Shown here in pieces: positions 23,255-33,005 of a stretch of 64,000 bases of DNA. Both the position numbers and the translations under genes were made by a program. Numbering within the stretch: position 1 is the stretch's first letter; each line of letters begins with the position of its first letter. The stretch spans positions 39,524-103,523 of the IMG/VR virus record IMGVR_UViG_3300025133_000044, one strand, 5' to 3'. Source of the DNA: a virus. A model generated the notes under the pieces. The model had not been told where the DNA came from. It saw only the letters and a list, made by a program, of their open reading frames with translations, and did not search any database.

Positions 23255-25247
23255 CAATAGTTTTCTCCAAAGAATCAATCAGAACTTTAATTTCGTAATT
23301 TTCTTTAAATAATTTAGCTTCTTGTTCATCATAATTAGATTCTACTTCTTCCGAAAGATTATAAAGTGATTTTAAATCAGCGTATCCTTTTAAAGTATTT
23401 CTTGTAGTGCCACTACCCAGTTCTGCGCCGACCATACCAAGCATTGAGCGTCTTCGAGGACCAGACGATTTTCTCTTATCGTGGTCGCGCGGTTTATACC
23501 AACCATGAGATTTAGACGTAGTGGTCTGTCGTCTACCATATTTGTCTCTTTTAGTATATGGCCAATCGTCGCGATTGCCGGGTGCTTTGGCGGCGTCGCC
23601 TGGGTCTTGGCCGGCGCCGGCAAGAAGTGGACCTCCCTCTTCCTCTGGGCCTTCTGGAGCGCCGGGTGCTTCGGCGCCTAATTCTTCAGCGCCTTCTAGT
23701 TCACCTCCCATCTCGGGGCCTGCTCCTTCAAAATCTTCCATGCCCCCAAGGGCGCCGCCCATGCCTCCGCCGGCTGCTGCTGCAGCCTCAGCAACTTGTT
23801 CTAAAGCAAAATCGTGTTTTCTATCATAATATGCTTCATGCTGCATTCTTTGGAACTCCTGTTCACTAATATTCAAAATGTTCTTGGAAACCCAGCGTCG
23901 ACTGAAATATCCTTCACTTGCGGCGTCTGCAGCCTCAAATCTAGCTTTCCAATGTTCAAGCTCTTGCAGTTCTGATATCTTTGAAGGATTATTTAAAGCT
24001 AATTTATAAGACAATAAATCGTTTCCACGATAACCCATTGTGAAAAGGTGTACGATCCCTACTTTTTCAAGTTCTGATACAAGCGATCTTTGCAATCTTT
24101 GAATTGTTCTAGCGAATCTAACATCTTTTTGTGCTAATGTTGCCTTATCTTCTTCAGACCCTTCTCCTCTTGATAAATATGAAGCAGGTATTTTTAATGC
24201 ACTGAAGAGTTTATCCCTTAAATATTTAACATCATCGATAGCGTCAGTATACTTGCCTCCGCCGAGATTTTCTATCTTTGTGTTTGAAGCTTGGCCTCGG
24301 ACTGGAATGTAATAATCTTCTTCAATACTCAATGGGTTATAGCGTAAATCAACTCGGCCACTATTAACGTCGACAATTTGATTTCTTTTCATCTGAGTCA
24401 TAACTTTTTGCATATATTGTTCTACATCTTCTGGTGGTATGTTGCCAACATCGATATAAAATGCCCTACGGTCAGGAGAACGAACGATCCTATATGCCAT
24501 CATAGCATCTTCTAACAAAGTCAATTGGCGCCAAATGCGTCGGGCAGAATCTAAAGCAGAGGTTCCGTACGGAGCAAACTTGTCATTACCTAAAATTCGA
24601 AAATGTGCCATTTGCCAATTTTCTAAAGTTAGGCCGGCAGTGTTCCACTGATACTGTATATAATTGGGGTTCTCTTTATCTTCTCCTTCCATACGTTCAA
24701 TTTCATTTGGAGGTAAGCCAATAGCATTCTTAATTCCCTCATCCTCTTCAATGTCTAGGTAAAGAAAAAAGTCTCCATACTTACACATAGAGCGGGCCCA
24801 ACCATATAAATTAAACTCAATGTTTAGCACATTATAATAGAGAGTTTCCAAAACTGCTTTAATTTCAGCGTTACTACAAATAATATTTAATAGTGGTGTG
24901 TATAATGACGACGTTGTCATCTCATCGGCATAAATATCCAATGAAGAAGCTATTTCCGGTGTGTACTCCATTTGGTCAAAGTCAACATATCTATCTAACC
25001 TATTCTGATTTGAATAGTACTCCATTTGTAGGGCGCCGTAGACATCTTGATACGCAGACATCTTAAACTCTTGACCACTAGACGATCGGATGCGCGACTT
25101 GTATTTATCCAGCTGACGTCTTTTTAATTGTCTGGTATCTTGTCTTCTATATTTGACAAGAGGTCCAGATAATAATTTAGTTAACTGTCGAAAAAGCGGA
25201 TTTTTAGGATTTCTGGGATTGTTTTTCTTTTGATTATTATATGCCAT
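23244..25247 (-). CDS. gp20: Portal protein (gp20-like) with C-terminal extension
   Basis: M...PEI.S.LDIYADE, L.LLEDAM..YRIVRSP.RR.FYIDVGN.P, EDYYIP.RG, IDDVKY...KLF.ALKIP, DVRFARTIQRLQ. Confidence 0.95.
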   Translation of the reverse strand: MAYNNQKKNNPRNPKNPLFRQLTKLLSGPLVKYRRQDTRQLKRRQLDKYKSRIRSSSGQEFKMSAYQDVYGALQMEYYSNQNRLDRYVDFDQMEYTPEIASSLDIYADEMTTSSLYTPLLNIICSNAEIKAVLETLYYNVLNIEFNLYGWARSMCKYGDFFLYLDIEEDEGIKNAIGLPPNEIERMEGEDKENPNYIQYQWNTAGLTLENWQMAHFRILGNDKFAPYGTSALDSARRIWRQLTLLEDAMMAYRIVRSPDRRAFYIDVGNIPPEDVEQYMQKVMTQMKRNQIVDVNSGRVDLRYNPLSIEEDYYIPVRGQASNTKIENLGGGKYTDAIDDVKYLRDKLFSALKIPASYLSRGEGSEEDKATLAQKDVRFARTIQRLQRSLVSELEKVGIVHLFTMGYRGNDLLSYKLALNNPSKISELQELEHWKARFEAADAASEGYFSRRWVSKNILNISEQEFQRMQHEAYYDRKHDFALEQVAEAAAAAGGGMGGALGGMEDFEGAGPEMGGELEGAEELGAEAPGAPEGPEEEGGPLLAGAGQDPGDAAKAPGNRDDWPYTKRDKYGRRQTTTSKSHGWYKPRDHDKRKSSGPRRRSMLGMVGAELGSGTTRNTLKGYADLKSLYNLSEEVESNYDEQEAKLFKENYEIKVLIDSLEKTIDET

Positions 25248-25250
25248 ATA

Positions 25251-26834
25251 TTATCCTTTTAACAACCATGTAAATTCTTCATAATCTTTTCTTGTTGATT
25301 CAAGCTTGTTTTCTATCTTGATCTTTTCATATGATACCATACCTGGTATAGCTGTGTTCAATGATCTATTTGTCGTGGATAAAGAAGAAAGAAAAGCTTT
25401 TTGGTAATCAAGATCCCTTTGGTTAATAGAATACGCTGTATCTTTTATCCAACACCCAATTGAACATGCCATCACTAAATCATCATTATGTTTCTTCATG
25501 GCCTGGGGCCTTCCATTATGCCAAATAAAAGTTTTCATCTCATTAAATAATCTCTTTGACTTAACTTTAATTAGTTTATTTCTAACAAACTCTTCCATTT
25601 TGGCTATGACTAATGGCCTGGTTTTTTGTGAAGTAGTAAAACCAGGTATCACACCTGAGACATCAGACATTAAAGGGTCTACATACTCATGAGTTGACTT
25701 TCTAGAAAAATATATATTTGGATATGCGTATTCTTGTAATTTATCTAAAACTGCCCAGCCAACTGTGTTGTTTTCAATAGCGATCATACAATTACCATAT
25801 TCTTTCCCAACCTCATTAAGCATATTGGCGTAAATGTCAGGAGTTGGTTTGCCTTTGTATTCAGCAATTATTTCGTTGGTTTCTAGTTTAAAAATATGAA
25901 ATGTAGAATAGTCTTGACCGTCGCCGCGGGCAACGTCGGCGGCTAGCATGTAGGAATTTTGAGGATTGTATTCTTCCCAAATCCAAAAGTTTCTATCGAA
26001 TCCTGTCTTATATTTCGGCTCACACAATTGTTCCCTAATCCACTCCATATCTTCTGAGTGGAAGACAGTCTCGCCAGACATATTAAAATTACATTCAAGT
26101 TCCTGGGCTATCTGTCTGCGAGACATATTTTTAGTTTCTTTAGCAAACCATTCTTTATCTCGATCGGGATGAACATCCCAGGGCAGAGTCATTAAATTGA
26201 AGTCGTTGGCGCCAGATTCTGCGTCGACGCAAATTTTATGAAACCAATTGCCAACACCGTTTGGAGTTGACAACGCAATGCAACGTCCACCAGTCGACAA
26301 AGTAGGGTATAAACCAGTCCACAATTCGTCCAATCCCTCAACGTGAGCAGCTTCATCTATTACGAGAAAGGAAAGAGCTTCAGAACGACCAGCATCGGAA
26401 CTAGTTGACGAAGCTTTTATTTGTGAACCATTGTATAATTCGAAAGAAGTACGATTGTCAATCACAATATCAGAAATGCGCATCCAATCTGGAAGATGCT
26501 TGTGTATTGACTTTACTTTTTTAACCAGATTTGCCGCTGTTTGAAATTTAGTTGCGATAACTAAAACATTCTTATCGCGATGAAACATCATCAGCCACGC
26601 AACATATGCAGCAGTGATTGTTGAAATACCAAGTTGTCTGGCTTTCAGTATACAGTTAAAGCGGTAATCGTTAAAGTGCTCAATTAATTCTGTTTGATAA
26701 CCATAAGTCTTAAAAGGGATCAAGCCCCTTAAAGGATGAGAAATCTTGGCATAATTGTTAATAAAATATACTGGGTCTTTACCAGACTTAATAATTTCCT
26801 TTACAATCTGCTCTTTCGGGATGTTAAATCCCAT
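25251..26834 (-). CDS. terL: Terminase large subunit
   Basis: Walker A LKARQLGIST, Walker B LVIDEAAH, LSTPNG coupling motif, RNase-H nuclease ADVARGDGQDYS and DDLVMA. Confidence 0.97.
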   Translation of the reverse strand: MGFNIPKEQIVKEIIKSGKDPVYFINNYAKISHPLRGLIPFKTYGYQTELIEHFNDYRFNCILKARQLGISTITAAYVAWLMMFHRDKNVLVIATKFQTAANLVKKVKSIHKHLPDWMRISDIVIDNRTSFELYNGSQIKASSTSSDAGRSEALSFLVIDEAAHVEGLDELWTGLYPTLSTGGRCIALSTPNGVGNWFHKICVDAESGANDFNLMTLPWDVHPDRDKEWFAKETKNMSRRQIAQELECNFNMSGETVFHSEDMEWIREQLCEPKYKTGFDRNFWIWEEYNPQNSYMLAADVARGDGQDYSTFHIFKLETNEIIAEYKGKPTPDIYANMLNEVGKEYGNCMIAIENNTVGWAVLDKLQEYAYPNIYFSRKSTHEYVDPLMSDVSGVIPGFTTSQKTRPLVIAKMEEFVRNKLIKVKSKRLFNEMKTFIWHNGRPQAMKKHNDDLVMACSIGCWIKDTAYSINQRDLDYQKAFLSSLSTTNRSLNTAIPGMVSYEKIKIENKLESTRKDYEEFTWLLKG

Positions 26835-26835
26835 T

Positions 26836-27378
26836 TTATTCTGCTCGGCGAGTCACATTCTTTGGTTTCGCAGACTTTTTGCCCCAGCCGCCTAGCTCAA
26901 GAAAACTTTTAAAATCTTTTTCTAAGTTATCTTCACTTGGCTCTAGTTTATCTTCTGCATCCATACCAGAAATTTTATATGCTTTCGTAGCTACGACAAA
27001 AATAAGATTATTATTTAATTTCTGGACTAGAGCGTCTACTTCTCCTTGAGCTTTAAGCCCAAGTGTATTTCCAGTAATTTGTTTATATTTTTTCTTAAGA
27101 TGTTTTACGATATCTGCCATCGTTTGTTCTAATTCATTTTCGAATTTGGTAGCATAAACATCTCGCAATTTAATTTGCGATTGGTACGTACAAATCATTG
27201 TCGAACCACTGCATCTGACCTTAAAACCATCCATCATTCTGGAATTCAAAAGTGGATTTCCTTCTTCTCTTTTAAGACCGATTTTAATTACTTCGCCATT
27301 TTCATCCAAAGCTCCATCGTAGCTATCGGCCGCGGCTTGGGCGATTCCTTCTATTACTTTAAGTGTTTTTTCTGACAT
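26836..27378 (-). CDS. Hypothetical protein upstream of terminase
   Basis: 180-aa ORF coupled to terL. Confidence 0.7.
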   Translation of the reverse strand: MSEKTLKVIEGIAQAAADSYDGALDENGEVIKIGLKREEGNPLLNSRMMDGFKVRCSGSTMICTYQSQIKLRDVYATKFENELEQTMADIVKHLKKKYKQITGNTLGLKAQGEVDALVQKLNNNLIFVVATKAYKISGMDAEDKLEPSEDNLEKDFKSFLELGGWGKKSAKPKNVTRRAE

Positions 27379-27754
27379 TCTTTGGTCTCCATCCTTGTAG
27401 CCAGCGATCTTCTCGCCCTTCTACGTATTGTACGTAGCATTTTTCGCAACATTTATGTTTGATAGTGTATATATCGTCATTAATCGTTTTAAGCCTAACC
27501 TCACATACGGGACAATTTAAAATTGCTTCTTTATTAATTAGTTTACGAGATATTAAAATACCGTCTACATTATCAAAATCAGATGTGGTTTCATTAATTT
27601 TTTGCTTTGCGACAAAGGCTTTCAATTGCTCCAAATATTCTTTTTCTTTATCTTTATCCCAAAATTTTGCAGGATTTTGTATAGTATCTTCACCATATTT
27701 TTCTTTTATGGCTCTTTCTAGCCTTGCAATGTAATCAAAATCCTTTTTTTTCAT
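27359..27754 (-). CDS. Zinc-finger hypothetical protein
   Basis: CPVC...CCEKC; VEGRE.RW..GWRP. Confidence 0.7.
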   Translation of the reverse strand: MKKKDFDYIARLERAIKEKYGEDTIQNPAKFWDKDKEKEYLEQLKAFVAKQKINETTSDFDNVDGILISRKLINKEAILNCPVCEVRLKTINDDIYTIKHKCCEKCYVQYVEGREDRWLQGWRPKNVRKNT

Positions 27755-28209
27755 TTCACCACTTCAACGCTAGCATAAAACACAGCCACAGATAAAACGA
27801 TCCCTAAAGCGACGCCACCAATGACCCACCATTCAGTGTAATCGTCGCTCATCTCTTCTTTTAAGAGAATATTTAAATCATTAATTTGCTGTTCTCTTAG
27901 CGAAAGAGTGCTTTCATGTATTTTCCTTAAAGAGTCATATTCTACTTTAAGCAAATCAAAAGCCAATCTTTTGTTAGCTAAATCCTGTTGAAATTCTTTT
28001 CTAAGCTGTAACTCAATTTCAAATTTTAAATATTTTTGATCTACAACCATTTTTGATGCGGCAATAGGGTCCAACAAGATGCCAGTATACGGTGCTTTCT
28101 CGTTTAAAGAAATAGAAGTAACCTTACCTTCAAGTTCTTCTGCATTTATTTCAAATGGAATTAAAATAATCAAAGCAGATACGAAACATGCTACAATTTT
28201 TTTAAACAT
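27751..28209 (-). CDS. Signal peptide + coiled coil + C-terminal TM protein (spanin-like)
   Basis: Start likely 28209 (AGGTGA SD): MFKKIVACFVSALIILIPFEINA/EE; C-terminal WWVIGGVALGIVLSVAVFY. Confidence 0.55.
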   Translation of the reverse strand: MFKKIVACFVSALIILIPFEINAEELEGKVTSISLNEKAPYTGILLDPIAASKMVVDQKYLKFEIELQLRKEFQQDLANKRLAFDLLKVEYDSLRKIHESTLSLREQQINDLNILLKEEMSDDYTEWWVIGGVALGIVLSVAVFYASVEVVK

Positions 28210-28213
28210 ATGT

Positions 28214-28618
28214 TCACCTACTATTTTTAAGATATTCTGCACTAAGAATTCTAGCTATTTCTTCTGCCAGTTTATCTGGGCTATCTTTGTTTTCTTCAAG
28301 AATTTCAACAAGCTCTTTTTGTTTTTCTTCTTCGAGTTCTTCTACCTTAATATCATGTTCTTCTTCTATTTTCTCTATTTCTTTTATGTGTTCCGTGAAT
28401 ATCTCAGTTTTTTTCTTATCGGTTTCTTCAGTTGTTTCTTTAATGATTTGTATTTCTTTTTCATAACTTTCCTTTTGCTTGTCAAGCATATCAAACAGTT
28501 TTTTTCTTGAACTCCTGCCAGACATCAATGAGAAAGTTAGTAATACTAGTATAACAGGCCAATACCAATAATGTTTAAGCCAAGCCCAAACTTTTTTCCA
28601 AAAAATTGCTGTAAACAT
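28214..28618 (-). CDS. N-terminal TM + coiled coil protein (i-spanin/Rz-like)
   Basis: Start likely 28618: MFTAIFWKKVWAWLKHYWYWPVILVLLTFSLM followed by an E/K coiled coil. Confidence 0.55.
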   Translation of the reverse strand: MFTAIFWKKVWAWLKHYWYWPVILVLLTFSLMSGRSSRKKLFDMLDKQKESYEKEIQIIKETTEETDKKKTEIFTEHIKEIEKIEEEHDIKVEELEEEKQKELVEILEENKDSPDKLAEEIARILSAEYLKNSR

Positions 28619-28622
28619 TACT

Positions 28623-29054
28623 TTACTCTCTTGACTTCCATGCACCTTTACCGCTATAGCCACCCTGGGCACGAGTCTGTTGTCTAAGTTCTGCTGTCTT
28701 TCTCGGATCTGGACCGCGGAATGGTGGTTCATCGCCCCCTACAGTTTGAGCTAGGCTTTGCGCTTCGTCCGCAAAGCGCTGCGCATCTTCGGGGGGCACT
28801 AGATCAAATAATTGTCTTAGCACGTCCAGAACTTCGTCAGTTGACTGCCCTCCAGCGGCTAATTGTTCTATCGGATCAAGGGGCTCATCAACTGGGTCCA
28901 TCCCTCCAGGAATAACATCGCCGGGCTTAAGCTTTCCGGTCGTGTCCAGTCCAACCCGGGGCGGTGCGAAAGGTCCAATAAAATCTGCCTCTTTAAGAAC
29001 CTTATTCATCTCTTCTTTGATAATTTGCTTTAATCTAGATTTTGCTATTTTCAT
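28623..29054 (-). CDS. Putative internal head protein
   Basis: N-terminal MKIAKSRLKQIIKEEMNKVLKE tag. Confidence 0.6.
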   Translation of the reverse strand: MKIAKSRLKQIIKEEMNKVLKEADFIGPFAPPRVGLDTTGKLKPGDVIPGGMDPVDEPLDPIEQLAAGGQSTDEVLDVLRQLFDLVPPEDAQRFADEAQSLAQTVGGDEPPFRGPDPRKTAELRQQTRAQGGYSGKGAWKSRE

Positions 29055-29057
29055 ATT

Positions 29058-29537
29058 TTAAATATCCTTTTTATAATTCGCCTTAGCTCTTGCAAGATCT
29101 TCATCTGCATATGGTGTTCGACCTTGGCCTGAGCCCCTGAAGCGAATTCGGTCACGAAATTCTTTTTTTGGATCCGTTTGCAAGGGCAGTGTTAACTGTC
29201 TAGAGTATTCTTTAATTCGTGTTAAGAAGTCGACGAAGGCCTCGCCTGGCTCTGAAGGAGTTTCCTTCCAATTTTCTAATGGAAAAGTCGCCGTGTACAT
29301 CGGAGAGCCATCGTCCCATGCGCGACTATAATCGATTATTGGCTGGCCGCTTCCCCATCGATGTTTTGAGCTTTTCGGATCTCCAGAATTGAAGCTGAAT
29401 TCTTCAATTGCTTTTTCTATCATATCCCGTGTCATGCCGTCGGACATATCATCAAGTTCTGCTTTGTCATCAGCATCTGAATCCGGGTCGCCAGCTTCGT
29501 TAAGAAACTTTCGAAAATTTTCAAACAACATTTTCAC
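29058..29537 (-). CDS. Putative internal head protein
   Basis: GTG start at 29537 with GGAG SD: MKMLFENFRKFLNE tag. Confidence 0.6.
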   Translation of the reverse strand: MKMLFENFRKFLNEAGDPDSDADDKAELDDMSDGMTRDMIEKAIEEFSFNSGDPKSSKHRWGSGQPIIDYSRAWDDGSPMYTATFPLENWKETPSEPGEAFVDFLTRIKEYSRQLTLPLQTDPKKEFRDRIRFRGSGQGRTPYADEDLARAKANYKKDI

Positions 29538-29542
29538 AGAAA

Positions 29543-29740
29543 TTAGCTCCCGTGCTTCCACCTAGCCGCAATATCAACTAATGCCTCGGAACCAATATAA
29601 CACAAAGTGACTGCAACCCAGTCCTCGCTTGTCAAAGAACTGCTTGCGACCAAATAAGTTGCAGTGCCCCATGCTAAAAATTTACGAGATATAAATCGGT
29701 TTACGTGTTTATCTAACCATGCTTTTACTCTTGCCATCAT
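29543..29740 (-). CDS. Holin-like small membrane protein
   Basis: 65 aa, two hydrophobic helices after SRKF, dual Met start (ATGATG), AAGGAGG SD, late motif at 29757-29764. Confidence 0.6.
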   Translation of the reverse strand: MMARVKAWLDKHVNRFISRKFLAWGTATYLVASSSLTSEDWVAVTLCYIGSEALVDIAARWKHGS

Positions 29741-29764
29741 TCTGACCTCCTTTATATAAATAGT

Positions 29765-32700
29765 CTATTCATACACATGTGCGTAACCATTTATCTTTTC
29801 AATAAGTAGTTGCTGATCTACAACATCTTTTAAATTATCTAAATGAGATATTAATAATACTGTCTTAAACTGAACCTTGATCATTTCTAGAATTCTAATG
29901 AATCCTTCCATATTCTCAGCATCCAAAGCTGTGCCTGGCTCATCTAAAATAAAAATATCGCCCTTTGGCAGAGTCGTAACATTCAATAAGGCCAAACGAA
30001 TAGCCATGGCAGCAATAGTTTTTTCTGCGCCCGAGCCCATTTCGATCGGGCGGGGCTCATGTTTCGGATGTTTAATTAATATATCTAATTTCTTTTCATC
30101 ATTTTCAAAAAAGACTTCAAATTCAACAATGTTTGTTAAAATTTTAGAAATCTCATCATTAATAACTGGTAATCGTTTTTTAATAACATCATAAGATATA
30201 CCATTAGGATGCATGCATCGCATAAATAAATCAGCAACTGTGAATTCATTTTCAAGGTCATAAAAATCTTGCCTCTGCTTATCAATCTCATTGAATTTCT
30301 GCTCCAAAATTCCATTAGATTTATATAGTTCCATTAAACCCGATTTGGCATTTTTATGTTTATTTTCTAATATTTTCAACTTGGTTGAAAGGTTTTCTTT
30401 CTTCGCTAAGAGATTTTCTAGATTTTCAATTGTCTCTTTGTTCCCTTCGTATTCTTGTTCTTTTGTGTTCAGAACTTTTAAATCTGCTTCAAGACGTAAA
30501 ATCTTTGTTCTGTTTCTTTCATAAGAAAGCTCTAAATTCGTTATTTTGTTCTTTTGCTTATAGTGCTTTTCGAGAATTACTTGATATTTTTCCAAGTATT
30601 CATTAATTTTACTTGGATTTAAATCCTCTATCTTTTTGGCTATTGTTTTTTTACCTAAAGTTAGTTGATTTGTGGCAATTTTAACTCTATTTGTATCCTC
30701 GATGGCCGATCTAGCATCTTTGACAAAAAAGCAGCGGTCACGAAGAGTATATGAACATGGAACGTTCTTTAGGTATTCTATTTTTTTATCATTTGTTATT
30801 TTTTCTTTTTCATACTGCAGAAGATCTTTTTCAATTTGTAGTATTTTCTGTTTATATTTTTCGATAGTTTGTTTTTTATCACCATAAGACGCAACATCGA
30901 AATTGCTAATAAAATTTTCGATCTTCTTAGAAAATTCTTTTTCATTCTTAAGCTCCTCTTGTTTCTTGTGGTTCTCTTCCAAAATGGAAGTTAACTCTTC
31001 CTCGTTTTTCTTAATTTTCTTTTTGATATTTCTAATATCAATTATTTCTGCTGGAATAGAATCAATTTGCTCCCTTGTCGTGTCTAAATCAAGAGACTCA
31101 CAATCAATACTTTGTTCTAATTCATCAAACTTTCTATTTTTTAAAGATAATTCTGTTTCCGATCTCGCTAGATCCGTTCTGGTCTCTTTCAACTCTTGGT
31201 CATAATCTCTATCTGAAAGTCGTCGCAAGACGCCTTTGATATCTGCAGAGTCTTCTTTAATCATTTTAAATTTTCGATCAAAAAGCTCCAAATCTAAAAA
31301 TTTAGCAAGAATTTCCTTTCTTCGAGTCGACCCCTCATTAATAAAGGACAGCGAGTCTAGCTGACTGGCCATGGAAGTCATTAAAAAGTCTTCTACTGTG
31401 CCGAAGACTTTTCTAATGTTTTTATCAGTCTCCATGCGAGTTACGCCATTAAGAGAGTGCGTCACTTTAATCGCATTGTCCGTTACAGTAAATTCAACAT
31501 CTGTTTTCGCTTCTAAGGTTTCTTTGCCTTTTAATTTTTTCTTGTATTTGGCGCTGGTCCTTTCAATTTTATAAGTCTTTGGCCCAATATCAATTTCAAT
31601 GTAGCCTCGACAAGTTTCTTTATCTTGATTTATTAAATTAATCGTTTTACGATTATTTTTAGAAGTCGTGTTGTAAATTGTGTATAGTAAACTGTCAATA
31701 ATGCTTGATTTTCCAGAAAAATTCTTTCCTAGAACGCCAACAATTCCATTTAAGCCACTAAAATCAATTGTGTTAGCTTCTCCATAGTTAAACAAGTTAT
31801 CCCATTCTAACTTCTTCAATTTCCAATTTATATTGCGGTGCACATCCTCTTCGCGCTCGGCGACAGCATTGTATTTTTTATTTAATTCATATATTTTTTT
31901 AAGGATATCTTCTTCCGGCTGGAAATCGGCTAAATATTCAGAAACCAACTCTTCTTGTACGGCCAAATCTCTTAAATCTTCTTGTTTAAGAGAGTTAGTA
32001 AACTCTTCAATATTTCTTCTTTCGCCAGCTGCTCTATTTAAATAAGTTACAGCTTCTGGCTTAAAGCGAGCTTTAGCAACATCAACTGCTCGTCGAACAA
32101 CATCCAGTGGTAAATTATTTTCGGAAATCAAACGCAGGCGAGCACTTTTTTGAATTTCAAGTTTGTTCGGAAGTCTGCCTTTGGGTGTCAACTTGATAGT
32201 GATAAAAGGCTTGGGATTCTTTAGTTTTATATGACTGCAAGTAAAAGCGTCTTTATCGACGATATCCCATATTAAAACTCCCTTGTCGTTAGTTTCCCCG
32301 TGGTTCTGTTGTACCGTGGATCCCGGATAACGTACTTTTCCCTTTTTGTCAAGGGTTTGATTGGTCTTGTGTATATCTCCAAGAAAAGCATAGTCAAAAT
32401 TATTAAAAATACCAATATCATTCTCACCTCTCTCCATTTTCCAACCAGTATCGGTAGTTACTCCGCTAATAGAGCCATGGTACAAAGCAATATTAATTCT
32501 ACTTGTGTCGGATGAACTTTGCCAGTTATCTGTATCAAAAACTGATAAAACGTTAATAGTAAATTTATCATCTAATATTGTTTCTCCCGAATTCTTTAAT
32601 AAATATAAGTCTGGATGGTTTAACGCTTCCACAATAGGTGTTAAAGCATCTTGTCTGCTTGAATTTCTTAAATTTCCATCATGGTTTCCTAAAATTACAT

Positions 32701-32920
32701 ACGTTGGTGCTATATCTGCTAAATTTTTTAAAAAGTTTGAGCACATTTCAACAAACTCAGGGCTTATTTGAGTTTTTGTATGTGCGATATCTCCACAATG
32801 GATGATATAATCAACCGATTGCTGGCGCAGCTTCTTATAAAGTCTATCAAAAACAATACGGTACTCTTTATGATACTTTAAATTTCTAATATGAGTATCT
32901 GCTATATGTGCAAATTTCAT
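29765..32920 (-). CDS. Fused Mre11/SbcD nuclease - Rad50/SbcC ATPase (gp47-gp46 fusion)
   Basis: Phosphoesterase motifs DTH, GD, GNHD, GDIH; Walker A GKNFSGKSS; coiled coil; signature SGAE; Walker B ILDEP; H-loop ISH. All in one 1051-aa frame. Confidence 0.92.
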   Translation of the reverse strand: MKFAHIADTHIRNLKYHKEYRIVFDRLYKKLRQQSVDYIIHCGDIAHTKTQISPEFVEMCSNFLKNLADIAPTYVILGNHDGNLRNSSRQDALTPIVEALNHPDLYLLKNSGETILDDKFTINVLSVFDTDNWQSSSDTSRINIALYHGSISGVTTDTGWKMERGENDIGIFNNFDYAFLGDIHKTNQTLDKKGKVRYPGSTVQQNHGETNDKGVLIWDIVDKDAFTCSHIKLKNPKPFITIKLTPKGRLPNKLEIQKSARLRLISENNLPLDVVRRAVDVAKARFKPEAVTYLNRAAGERRNIEEFTNSLKQEDLRDLAVQEELVSEYLADFQPEEDILKKIYELNKKYNAVAEREEDVHRNINWKLKKLEWDNLFNYGEANTIDFSGLNGIVGVLGKNFSGKSSIIDSLLYTIYNTTSKNNRKTINLINQDKETCRGYIEIDIGPKTYKIERTSAKYKKKLKGKETLEAKTDVEFTVTDNAIKVTHSLNGVTRMETDKNIRKVFGTVEDFLMTSMASQLDSLSFINEGSTRRKEILAKFLDLELFDRKFKMIKEDSADIKGVLRRLSDRDYDQELKETRTDLARSETELSLKNRKFDELEQSIDCESLDLDTTREQIDSIPAEIIDIRNIKKKIKKNEEELTSILEENHKKQEELKNEKEFSKKIENFISNFDVASYGDKKQTIEKYKQKILQIEKDLLQYEKEKITNDKKIEYLKNVPCSYTLRDRCFFVKDARSAIEDTNRVKIATNQLTLGKKTIAKKIEDLNPSKINEYLEKYQVILEKHYKQKNKITNLELSYERNRTKILRLEADLKVLNTKEQEYEGNKETIENLENLLAKKENLSTKLKILENKHKNAKSGLMELYKSNGILEQKFNEIDKQRQDFYDLENEFTVADLFMRCMHPNGISYDVIKKRLPVINDEISKILTNIVEFEVFFENDEKKLDILIKHPKHEPRPIEMGSGAEKTIAAMAIRLALLNVTTLPKGDIFILDEPGTALDAENMEGFIRILEMIKVQFKTVLLISHLDNLKDVVDQQLLIEKINGYAHVYE

Positions 32921-32935
32921 TAATACCTCTTACAC

Positions 32936-32988
32936 GCTATAATTTTATAGCATATAGATACTATAACAACACTTATGAAGTAATAAAT
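32936..32988 (-). promoter_or_regulatory. Extended -10 promoter (TGT TATAGT) followed by a 16-bp palindrome
   Basis: -10 at 32960-32965; GCTATAA-AA-TTATAGC at 32936-32951. Confidence 0.5.
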
Positions 32989-33005
32989 CAGATTTTTTTA
33001 GTATT

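Noticed and set aside
25251-26834. Intein or intron in terminase (also checked portal, MCP, primase)
   Set aside because: Lengths and motifs are contiguous; no C...HN splice motifs or LAGLIDADG/HNH inserts seen.
28186-28209. Lipobox IVAC in the spanin-like protein
   Set aside because: The Cys is at residue 8, before the hydrophobic stretch, so it is not a credible SPII site.
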